Assembly: GCA_965249525.1 (NCBI GenBank)
Contig: OZ252237.1
Span: 772,443-836,442, forward strand
DNA: 64,000 nt
Source of the DNA: a bacterium
GTDB lineage: Bacteria > SAR324 > JACQKK01
Direction: 5' to 3'
Shown here: positions 1 to 8,439 of the stretch, one piece after another
Numbering within the stretch: position 1 is the first letter of the stretch
Layout of the letters: every line of letters begins with the position of its first letter
Program-made: the position numbers and the translations under genes
Notes under the pieces: generated by a model
Seen by the model: only the letters and a program-made list of their open reading frames with translations
What the model was told of the DNA's origin: nothing
Databases searched by the model: none

Positions 1-168
1 CAGCAACTTGCCAATTACTTCAATGCCACTTTAGAACTCATGAAAGTCCTCTGCCGTGCTTGCGGACACACACACCTCAAGCAATTCAATATGGATGATA
101 TCGCTACCCTCAATCGAGATATTGCTGCCCTCACTGGCATTGCCTATGTTGGTATTGCATCTCCTTAA
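1..168 (+). CDS. 3' fragment of a gene entering from the left edge; the C-terminus resembles FMN-dependent glutamate-synthase-domain-2-like oxidoreductases
   Basis: Frame 1 is open from base 1 to TAA at 166-168. The peptide is QQLANYFNATLELMKVLCRACGHTHLKQFNMDDIATLNRDIAALTGIAYVGIASP. The family call is from memory of that family's C-terminal region only. Confidence 0.4.
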   Translation, partial: QQLANYFNATLELMKVLCRACGHTHLKQFNMDDIATLNRDIAALTGIAYVGIASP

Positions 169-197
169 CCTTCTAGCACAATTCCCTAAAAACGCTT

Positions 198-1061
198 ATG
201 TCCAACTCCTACATTATCACCCAAGCTATTGATGCTGTATGGAAAACCCTGCCCATCCCGCCGGTTGCTTCACTGGCGAATGCTCGCTTACGGCTGCATT
301 GGGGCTCGCAAATTCCCTGTGCTGCTGCTAGTCAGCTGATAAAACCCCTGCCCGATTACAGTCAGGGCAGTCTCAGCTACCACCAAGGTTTGCACGCCAT
401 GTTGACGCGTCCACTGGCAAGCCATAAAGGATTGCAGGCTGGATTGAATATCACCGAATGCAGCCTATTGCTGGTTGATAAAAAATCCCAACCCATCGCT
501 AAGCAGCCATTGGTCGGACTTACGCTGAAAGAAGGCATGGTCTGGATGGCTGAGGCCCTTGAAAAACATGGCGGTAAGGCTGTTCCTGAATTGGTGCGTC
601 CGTTTGAGGAAATACCAGATTCCCCCGTTGCACACGGAGAACCATTTCCCGATAACGAACCTGCAGCATTGGCTGAAATAGACCTATGGTTTGCCAACAG
701 TTACGCCGTTTTGGCACTGTTGGCTAAATCCTTAAAAAGCAGCACGGTATGGTGTTGGCCCCATCATTTTGATGTAGCCACCTTGCTATTATTGGAAGAC
801 AAGAACTCTGAAGAAGCCAAACAGGTGAATATCGGTCTCAGTCCAGGAGATGATAATTTTGAAACTCCTTACTGGTACATCACCTTTTGGCCTGATTCTT
901 CCCAGCCGTTGCTACCATTGGAAGGCCAGGGCTTCTGGTACCAAGAAAAATTTAAAGGGGCATTGTTAACCACAGATAACCTTGCCTCTACAGGTCAGCC
1001 AGAACAGGTAGCTGCATATCTTAATTCAGCCATAAAAGCCTGTCTCAAGCTGTTAGACTAG
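198..1061 (+). CDS. hypothetical protein (287 aa), no firm family
   Basis: Long ATG-initiated ORF with ordinary composition. Only short shadow ORFs lie opposite it. The WCWPHHFDVATL segment is the only conserved-looking motif I noticed. Confidence 0.55.
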   Translation: MSNSYIITQAIDAVWKTLPIPPVASLANARLRLHWGSQIPCAAASQLIKPLPDYSQGSLSYHQGLHAMLTRPLASHKGLQAGLNITECSLLLVDKKSQPIAKQPLVGLTLKEGMVWMAEALEKHGGKAVPELVRPFEEIPDSPVAHGEPFPDNEPAALAEIDLWFANSYAVLALLAKSLKSSTVWCWPHHFDVATLLLLEDKNSEEAKQVNIGLSPGDDNFETPYWYITFWPDSSQPLLPLEGQGFWYQEKFKGALLTTDNLASTGQPEQVAAYLNSAIKACLKLLD

Positions 1062-1209
1062 AAAGCTTAGGCATAAGGTATATGCGGAATAAAGTGATTG
1101 CTGCAGGGGTATTCTTCTCAGCATTTTTGCTAGCGGTGAAGCACATATATTGTCACTAAGGACGATATATTAGGAAAGATAATGTGATAGACAAACAAGG
1201 AGATAACTG

Positions 1210-3177
1210 ATGTCAAAGCGAGAATTGGTGTGGCACAAGGCATTAGAGAAGGGTGAACTGGAAGAGGGGCGGGTGAGGTCAGTCACCTGTGGGCTAAAAA
1301 CCTTTTGCATGACGCACTGGCAGGGTAAATATGCGGCCTTGGATAACCGCTGTCCGCATCAAGGTGGTCCGTTGGGGGAAGGTTCTATAGAAAAAGGTTT
1401 TTTGCGGTGTCCTTGGCATGGCTGGGATTTTGATCCTATCACCGGTCGTTCGCCTGGCGGCTATGAGGATGGCGGGGTGGAGGTTTTTGCTGTAGAAGAA
1501 CGAGAAGACGGCATTTATGTAGGGTTGGAAGCTGAGGCAGATGCTGTTGATACAGTGAGTGATATCATGGTGCGCACCATGACTAATTGGGGGGTGCGCA
1601 ATGTTTTTGGGATGGTAGGACATTCCAACTTGGGGCTGGCGGAAACTATTCGTAGAGAAGAAGAAGCAGGACGGTTGCGCTATGTGGGTATTCGTCATGA
1701 AGGTGCTGCTTCGTTTGCGGCGTCGGGGTATGGCAAGTTGACAGGACGACCGGCGGCATGCCTGACGATTGCTGGTCCTGGAGCCACCAATTTGCTCACG
1801 GGCATGTGGGATGCGCATGTAGATCGTGCGCCGTTATTGGCGCTTACCGGGCAGGTGGATACGCAAGTACTGGGCCCGGGGGCGTTTCAAGAAGTGGATT
1901 TGCAAGCAGCTTTTGGCAAGGTGGCGTTTTGGAGTCAGTCTGTGCTGCATAGCAGCCGCCATGCGGAATTGATGAATTTGGCTTGCAAGCACGCAATTAT
2001 CCAGCGTGGACCCACACACCTTATTTTCCCTGATGAGGTACAAACTTTGGCAGCAAATGCTAAAGCACAGCCTGGAAAACCACAGGGGAGACTTACTCCG
2101 CATGAAATTTCCCCTCCACAGCAGGCATTGGAGGATGCATTAAAGCTGCTCAAACAATCCAAGCGGCCGGTGATGATTGTGGGGCATGGGGCACGTTTTC
2201 ATATGCCTGAGGTACTGGCTTTAGCGGAGAACATGGATTGGCCAGTGTTGACCACCTTCAAAGGCAAGGGATTAATTGCCGATGACCACCCATTGGGTTG
2301 TGGCGTGTTGGGACGCAGTGGTACTCCCATTGCTAGTTGGTTTATGAATGAAAGCGATTGCTTGTTGGTATTTGGTGCCAGTTTCAGCAACCATACGGGT
2401 ATTTCTTCTTACAAGCCAATTATCCAAGTGGACTTTGATCCGATGATGTTGGGCAAGTTTCATGCGGTGGAAGTGCCTGTATGGGGTGAAATTGGAGTTA
2501 CGGCAAAACTGTTGCAGCAAGGGATGGCAGGGTGCAAGTTTGCACCGCAGCGGCAGCAGGTGCAAGAACGGTGGCGCATATGGCGCCAAGAGAAAGCCAG
2601 TCGCCGCCAAGATGATCTTGGGCATGGTATCAATTCAGCGGTGCTGTTTGATGCACTCTCTCGTCTCACTCCACAAGATGCTATCATGCCGGTGGATGTA
2701 GGCAACAACACCTATTCTTTTGGGCGTTACTTTGAGTGTTGTGGTCAAGCGGTACTCATGTCTGGTTACTTGGGTTCCATAGGCTTTGCCTATCCTGCTG
2801 CCTTAGGTGCGTGGTGTGCCACCCAAGAAGATGATGTACGTTTCAAAGGGCGTAAGGTGGTTTCTGTTTCTGGTGATGGTGGTTTTGGGCAGTATCTGGC
2901 TGAACTCACCACTGCGGTTAAATTCAACATGAACATCACCCATGTTTTGTTACACAACAAGCAGCTGGGAAAAATCAGCAAAGAGCAGCGTGCAGGTCAA
3001 TTTCCAGTTTGGCAGACCTCTCTCCATAATCCAGATTTTTCCCGCTATGCCGAATTGTGCGGGGCTTTGGGAGTGCGGGTATCCTCAGCAGAAATGTTAG
3101 ATGAAGCTCTCACGCAAGCTCTTGCTCATCCTGGCCCTAGTTTGGTAGAGGTGTTGACTGACCCGGAACTTATCTAG
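1210..3177 (+). CDS. Rieske [2Fe-2S] domain fused to a thiamine-diphosphate enzyme of the pyruvate oxidase/acetolactate synthase family
   Basis: AAGGAG sits 7 nt upstream of the ATG. The N-terminus has CPHQGGPL-x17-CPWHGWDF (CxH...CxxH). It is followed by GVRNVFGMVGHSNLGL, GPGATNLLTG...APLLALTGQV and the ThDP-Mg motif SGDGGFGQYLAELTTAVKFNMNITHVLLHN. Confidence 0.85.
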   Translation: MSKRELVWHKALEKGELEEGRVRSVTCGLKTFCMTHWQGKYAALDNRCPHQGGPLGEGSIEKGFLRCPWHGWDFDPITGRSPGGYEDGGVEVFAVEEREDGIYVGLEAEADAVDTVSDIMVRTMTNWGVRNVFGMVGHSNLGLAETIRREEEAGRLRYVGIRHEGAASFAASGYGKLTGRPAACLTIAGPGATNLLTGMWDAHVDRAPLLALTGQVDTQVLGPGAFQEVDLQAAFGKVAFWSQSVLHSSRHAELMNLACKHAIIQRGPTHLIFPDEVQTLAANAKAQPGKPQGRLTPHEISPPQQALEDALKLLKQSKRPVMIVGHGARFHMPEVLALAENMDWPVLTTFKGKGLIADDHPLGCGVLGRSGTPIASWFMNESDCLLVFGASFSNHTGISSYKPIIQVDFDPMMLGKFHAVEVPVWGEIGVTAKLLQQGMAGCKFAPQRQQVQERWRIWRQEKASRRQDDLGHGINSAVLFDALSRLTPQDAIMPVDVGNNTYSFGRYFECCGQAVLMSGYLGSIGFAYPAALGAWCATQEDDVRFKGRKVVSVSGDGGFGQYLAELTTAVKFNMNITHVLLHNKQLGKISKEQRAGQFPVWQTSLHNPDFSRYAELCGALGVRVSSAEMLDEALTQALAHPGPSLVEVLTDPELI

Positions 3178-3243
3178 TGGTTTCTTGCTTGATTTTCTGC
3201 TGATTAGGATTGATTATTTATTTTTCAGCCTTAAAAAGTACTT

Positions 3244-4851
3244 GTGCTTAAGTCATTTCTTTCATTGCTGAAGGCTGGAAGGCAAAGCAAGGGTTCTTTG
3301 TCTTTTATTTTGCCTAGGCCAAAGACAGTAGGATGGCTGCTATTTGGTCGTCTGGTAGCACCTCATCGTCCGCCACTTTCTTGGCGGTGGGTGCTGCTGC
3401 TGGGCTTGGCAGCCTTTGTCTTGTTTGCTGCGGTGAATCTAAAGCGGTTGGAGCAGAAATTTCCCGGCTCCAAGATAATGACTGATACTTATAGAGACCA
3501 TACCCGAGATTCTTTTGAACATGCACTTATTCTCAAATTATGTAGAAAATATCCCTATATTGGGAATCCAAGGATTGTATATACAATAGCCAACTCTTCT
3601 TCCTTTTCTGATAGGATTCCATTGATAAAATTGGCGCATCAGGAAATAAAAGATACAGCTAATTATTGCAATAGAACATCAAAATTTGTAGTGGATGGTA
3701 CTGGTCTCTTATGGTTTAATTATTTGTTGTTATCTTTTTTACCATTTCTAAGTTTCAATTTATTGGTAAAAAGTTCTTTTGTTGTTTTATCAATTCCTTT
3801 TGGAATTCTTGGAATTTTTCTCATGAGAAGTAACTTTGGATTGGTATTATCCTTTTCAGCTATTGCATATATGAATGTACTACTAAAAAACTATGATGTA
3901 TTTTATATTGAGAAATATCAAATCATGCATCCTGCTGTCTTGATGATGATACTCTTATTTTCATGGTCTCTATCAAAGTATTTTCAGAATCAATCCCATT
4001 GGAAGTTATGTTTATTTTATCTTCTTTGTGGTTTATTTGCTTCCTTTATTTTTGCTACCAGAGCATCTTATCTGCCTATTATTATTTCTTTGTTGATATT
4101 TCATTTTATTCTAAGATTAAGATTGCATAAAATTTCTTTTAGGAATAGTCTGCTAACTGCTGTCATATTTATCAGTGCTTTCGTTTTACCTCAAACCTTG
4201 TTGGTTGTTCCATTAGGAAAAAACGCCTACCATCCATTGATTCATAGTGTTTATCTTGGAATAGCCAATGGAGATAATGCTATCTCCAAAAGAGAAGCAA
4301 TTGAATGGAATGATATAGTTGGATTCAATATAGTACGGAGAGAAGATAAAGATATCCGCATCTATTCTCCCCAACATGAAAATATTTTATTGGGGGTTAT
4401 GCAGCAAATGATCATCAAAAATCCTATAGATATGGTAGAAACATACCAAAAGAAATTTAGAATGAATTGTTCATCTTGTGCTTTTGGAGGTAAATATAAA
4501 TCATTTGCTGCTGTGTTGCTGATTTTCTTGTTTTTTGGCTGGAGATTGCTGCGGCGCAACTCCACTAAGGAACAAGACCAGGCTTTGTATGCCCTGTTTT
4601 TCTTGTTGGCCGCAGTTTTCTTGCTATTATATGCTGAAAGCACCTTGGTATACAGTTTGTATACAGATCTTTTTCACTTGAATCTGAAAATATTCAGTCG
4701 TCTTCTTTACTATATGACGATGTATCTGTTACTGGAGTTCTTCCTCCGCCATCCTACCTGGGGTGTTGGCCATTGGCGCAGCTGGCCTTTTTGGACATTT
4801 ATCCAAAGAACACATAACCGCTTGCTTTCATCTCCCCCGTCTTCAGCTTGA
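3244..4851 (+). CDS. polytopic membrane protein with a very AT-rich core (Wzy/O-antigen-polymerase-like or GT-C-like; family not resolved)
   Basis: 535-aa ORF with a GTG start and many hydrophobic F/L/I-rich segments. GC-normal 5' and 3' ends flank an AT-rich core at about 3475-4545. An internal ATG at 3478 is an alternative start. Confidence 0.6.
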   Translation: MLKSFLSLLKAGRQSKGSLSFILPRPKTVGWLLFGRLVAPHRPPLSWRWVLLLGLAAFVLFAAVNLKRLEQKFPGSKIMTDTYRDHTRDSFEHALILKLCRKYPYIGNPRIVYTIANSSSFSDRIPLIKLAHQEIKDTANYCNRTSKFVVDGTGLLWFNYLLLSFLPFLSFNLLVKSSFVVLSIPFGILGIFLMRSNFGLVLSFSAIAYMNVLLKNYDVFYIEKYQIMHPAVLMMILLFSWSLSKYFQNQSHWKLCLFYLLCGLFASFIFATRASYLPIIISLLIFHFILRLRLHKISFRNSLLTAVIFISAFVLPQTLLVVPLGKNAYHPLIHSVYLGIANGDNAISKREAIEWNDIVGFNIVRREDKDIRIYSPQHENILLGVMQQMIIKNPIDMVETYQKKFRMNCSSCAFGGKYKSFAAVLLIFLFFGWRLLRRNSTKEQDQALYALFFLLAAVFLLLYAESTLVYSLYTDLFHLNLKIFSRLLYYMTMYLLLEFFLRHPTWGVGHWRSWPFWTFIQRTHNRLLSSPPSSA

Positions 4852-5041
4852 TGGCTTTTCTCCCGCTGCCAAGTATGCTTGACTGACCGCATTCTTATTC
4901 CTTGCTGCCAATGTCTGTTGTATCCTATATAAAAGATTGCCATGGCTGGCTTTTTGTGACATTTCGTTTGCAAACACTCCATGGCTGTTTTTTGCATAGG
5001 GGCAGATCGTAACCTCCGCAAGCAACTTACTGAGATCAACT

Positions 5042-6298
5042 ATGCTTGACCTGCGTTTGGTGCGAGAACAATCCGAACTGCTGAAAGCCAACGTAACCAA
5101 CCGTGGACTGCAAGCTGATGTACAAGCCTTGCTTGTAGTTGATAAGCAAGCCCGTGAATTTCGTACCCAATTGGAAGTACTCCAACAGCAGCGCAATTCT
5201 CTCAATGCCAGTATTCTAGCTGCTGCTGACCTTGAACGCCCCCAACTGGTTGCCAACAACAAAGAACTCAAAGAACAAGAAGCCAGCCTGGAAAGACAAG
5301 TGCGTCAAAGCGAAGCCCAACGTTTACAACTGCTGGAACAAATGCCCAATTGGACTCATCCCCAAGTACCTGTTGGAACTGATGAATCTGCTAATAAAGT
5401 ACTTGAAATGGTTCGGGAACCCACACCTTTCAACTTTACCCCTAAAGACCATGTCCAATTGATGCTAGATCTGGACATTGTTGATTTTGAACGCGCTGCC
5501 AAAGTCACTGGACAGAAATTCTATTACCTCAAAAATGAAGCAGTACTACTAGAACAAGCCCTAATAAACTTTGCCTTGAAATTCCTTGCCGAAAAAAAAT
5601 TCACTCTCTTTACCACCCCAGACCTGGCTAGACAAAATATCCTCCAAGGTGTGGGCTTCCAACCCAGAGACGAATCTACCCAAATCTACAACGTAGAAGG
5701 TACTGACCTCAGTCTCATTGCTACTGCAGAAATCACTCTGGGTGGATACTTCAGTCAAGAAATCCTTTTCGTTGAACAGCTTCCTCTGCTATTTGCGGGG
5801 CTTTCTCATTGCTTTCGCACCGAAGCAGGCTCCGCAGGCCGCGAATCCAAAGGTCTTTACCGTGTCCACCAATTCACCAAAGTGGAAATGTTTGCCTTTA
5901 CCACCCCTGAAACATCTGACGAAATGCATCTGCAACTGCTACAATGGGAGAAAGAAATATACCAAGCATTGGAAATTCCCTTCCGCGTGGTAGATATTTG
6001 CAGCGGCGACCTCGGAGCACCCGCATACCGCAAGTTTGACCTAGAAGCCTGGATGCCAGGACGAAACCAATGGGGCGAAATTACCTCTACCTCCAACTGC
6101 ACCGATTACCAATCCCGCAGGTTAGGGATACGATACAAATCCCCACAACACAAAGGCACACAACCCGTCCATATGCTCAACGGCACAGCCATTGCTACCA
6201 CTCGTACTATCATCGCCCTGCTAGAAAATGGACAGCAAGCCGATGGCTCCATTCAACTGCCAGCCATATTGCAGCTTGCCCCCATTCAACCCCGTTGA
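5042..6298 (+). CDS. serS: seryl-tRNA synthetase
   Basis: N-terminal coiled-coil arm (MLDLRLVREQSELLKANV...). Class II core motifs FRTEAGSAGRESKGLYRVHQFTKVE and NGTAIATTRTIIALLEN. Confidence 0.95.
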   Translation: MLDLRLVREQSELLKANVTNRGLQADVQALLVVDKQAREFRTQLEVLQQQRNSLNASILAAADLERPQLVANNKELKEQEASLERQVRQSEAQRLQLLEQMPNWTHPQVPVGTDESANKVLEMVREPTPFNFTPKDHVQLMLDLDIVDFERAAKVTGQKFYYLKNEAVLLEQALINFALKFLAEKKFTLFTTPDLARQNILQGVGFQPRDESTQIYNVEGTDLSLIATAEITLGGYFSQEILFVEQLPLLFAGLSHCFRTEAGSAGRESKGLYRVHQFTKVEMFAFTTPETSDEMHLQLLQWEKEIYQALEIPFRVVDICSGDLGAPAYRKFDLEAWMPGRNQWGEITSTSNCTDYQSRRLGIRYKSPQHKGTQPVHMLNGTAIATTRTIIALLENGQQADGSIQLPAILQLAPIQPR

Positions 6299-6331
6299 TA
6301 CCACACCACACACCCCTTCCTCTGGTCCCAC

Positions 6332-6889
6332 ATGCTTGATTACCGAGAAATAAAAGCACCAAAAATCTTGGTTGCCATGCCTAAACTCAAAGACGGCTAC
6401 TTTGAGAAATCTGTTATCCTGCTTTGCGAATATAATGCAGACGGTGCTATGGGATTCGTGGTCAATATCCCCTCTGCCACCTCCATAGATGACCTCATGC
6501 AAGAACTCAATATTGCTGCCCCCAACCTGCAGCCAGAATCTGTCCTGGTTGGGGGACCTGTTCAGCCAGAGTTCTGCTGGGCACTGCACACCACGGACTA
6601 CACCGCAGAGTCCTCTACTCCCATCGGGAAAAGACTCTCTCTTAGTTCTGTCTCCGATGTCCTGTTATCCATCTGTAAAGGTAAAGCCCCAGAAGAATAT
6701 ATTCTCGGCGTAGGTTATGCAGGCTGGGGACCGGGACAACTAGATGAGGAAATAGAACAAGAATCCTGGTGGCTGGCGGATATGGACCCCATCCCACTGC
6801 TTCAAACCAATTGCGAAAACCGCTGGGAACTGACTATGAACTCCCTGGGACTAACCAATGCCTCGCAGCTCAATTTCTGTAAAGCCTAG
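6332..6889 (+). CDS. algH: YqgE/AlgH family protein (UPF0301)
   Basis: ILVAMPKLKDGYFEKSVILLCEYNADGAMGFVVN matches the family's hallmark N-terminal block. The 185-aa size is typical. Confidence 0.8.
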   Translation: MLDYREIKAPKILVAMPKLKDGYFEKSVILLCEYNADGAMGFVVNIPSATSIDDLMQELNIAAPNLQPESVLVGGPVQPEFCWALHTTDYTAESSTPIGKRLSLSSVSDVLLSICKGKAPEEYILGVGYAGWGPGQLDEEIEQESWWLADMDPIPLLQTNCENRWELTMNSLGLTNASQLNFCKA

Positions 6890-6939
6890 CGCAGCTGCGC
6901 TTCATCTAGACCACAGCAGTGGTGCTGTGGGTTCAGGCA

Positions 6940-7666
6940 CTAATAACTGACGCATAAAAGACGGCGCGAAGTAGAACAATTTCTCTGCGTGCCGGTTAAT
7001 TTTCCCGTGCCAGTCTGCGAACTATCACCGATATGACCTTTAAAAGATGCTCCTGCTGCTATCCAACTCTGACAGCTGATGCCTATCTGAAATACCGTTA
7101 AAGCGACTATGGAATCCGCAGCCCCGAGACCTGTCCAGTACTCAGCAGAGTCGTCTGTCACCGAGGCATCTAAGTCCATAGAAGCATCAAGAAAGTCCGC
7201 ATAGCTGTTGGCAATTTTGGTGCTGTCGTCAGAACGGTAGACATCACGGGTATCATCAGTTGCTATAATGGTCCTGGGATGAAAAGTGATATTGAGAGAA
7301 ACAGGGTCTTGGCTTGCTATCACTGCCTGATGGGTATATTCAGCAGCAGCATCAGGCAGACCAGCACCGCTTGCCTGCCCCTCGCATTTGGTATTGGCAC
7401 CAGCTACACCATCCGGAAGTAAACCATCCGAAGCTGCACCACCCAAATTTCCAGTATAGGCAGCACTGGTAACCCACAGATAAACCTTTGCAGGCACAGG
7501 CGTGGGGTTGGTCCCACCATTGTCGGCAATGGGAGTACCATCATTCTCCGCCGCCGCCTCCACCACCCCCGCCGCAGGAGGCAAGCAAGGCACCCAGCAG
7601 CATCACTGCCAGTCCGCCTGCCAGCAGCAGCCTCCAAGCTGTTTTGGTTGGGAATTGAGCAAACAT
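6940..7666 (-). pseudogene. secreted lipoprotein gene (DUF1554-like body) interrupted by a 1-nt frameshift in a G-rich tract; pseudogene, phase-OFF allele or assembly indel
   Basis: ATG at 7666 has GGAG 7 nt upstream. It encodes MFAQFPTKTAWRLLLAGGLAVMLLGALLASCGGGGGGGGGE and then hits TGA. The 217-aa body (6940-7593) reads on in the adjacent frame (..GVVEAAAENDGTP..YTGNLGG..). Deleting one G restores a 241-aa ORF. Confidence 0.65.
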
Positions 7667-7766
7667 AGCGATACTCCGCTTGTGTATTCTAAAAATGCTT
7701 TTTGTGGCAGCGCACCATAAAAAGCTATAATCAGAATCCTATCAGCCATCGCTGTACAGCACAATA

Positions 7767-7933
7767 TTTTTTAGAATTTTTTAGAACTGCTTGCCTCTTC
7801 CTTACAGCAGAGTTGCAGCTTTTTTTAGAACTTTTTAGAACTTTTTAGAACTGCTTATCTCCTCCTCGCAGAAAATTTATCAATGTTCCAAAAAAACTGC
7901 TTATCTCCTCCTCACAGAAAATTTATCAATGTT
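7767..7933. repeat. nested tandem repeats: five TTTTAGAA-core 10-mers in two blocks, plus two 39-nt units at a 46-bp period and one degenerate third copy
   Basis: The 10-mers lie at 7767-7786 and 7821-7850. The unit AACTGCTTATCTCCTCCTC(G/A)CAGAAAATTTATCAATGTT occurs at 7849-7887 and 7895-7933 with 38/39 identity. A degenerate copy starts at 7785. Confidence 0.9.
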
Positions 7934-7940
7934 TTAAAAA

Positions 7941-7965
7941 ATGTGGATGGATGGGGGTTGAAGGG
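7941..7965. repeat. left arm of a long inverted repeat
   Basis: ATGTGGATGGATGGGGGTTGAAGGG. Apart from a 4-nt TGGA insertion it equals the reverse complement of 8419-8439. Confidence 0.9.
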
Positions 7966-8418
7966 GGGTTGCCAGGGTGTGGGATACTGCTTGACTTGTG
8001 CTGTTTTTTCTCAGCAGCAGGCTGACTCATTCCGTTTAGGGAACAACGGATATTAAAGGAAAAACTTTCTGGCGCAGCCTATAAGCCTCAGTTTTCGCGG
8101 GCGTCATTCATTCCACACCTGTGACGCTGTGGATATTGATTTGGAAGTATCTTGCGGCATGACGCAGCCTCCGACTCCCATTGCTGAACCTGCCGATTGT
8201 TCACCTCAGCAGGAATTGCATTAACCGCACAGCCAGCAAGTACGCAGCCAAGCTGCAACCGCTGTCCGCCGCGGTCTGCCCAAGAGGCCATCATCAGCCC
8301 TGCCTTAGGCAGTTGGCTGTCTGTCACCTGTGTCTCTCTGTTTGCAGAAGAAACAAGATCAGCTACAGTCCGTGCTGTCTGCCATTGACTCTATCTAGTC
8401 CTCGGCAGACTCCCAAAT

Positions 8419-8439
8419 CCCTTCAACCCCCATCCACAT
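8419..8439. repeat. right arm of a long inverted repeat
   Basis: CCCTTCAACCCCCATCCACAT. Its reverse complement, ATGTGGATGGGGGTTGAAGGG, matches the left arm 21/21 with one 4-nt gap. Confidence 0.9.

Noticed and set aside
7849-7933. CRISPR-like look of the two 39-nt repeats
   Set aside because: There are only two good units, separated by a 7-nt A-rich spacer. No cas genes are present and the repeats are not palindromic. It is a plain tandem duplication, not a CRISPR array.
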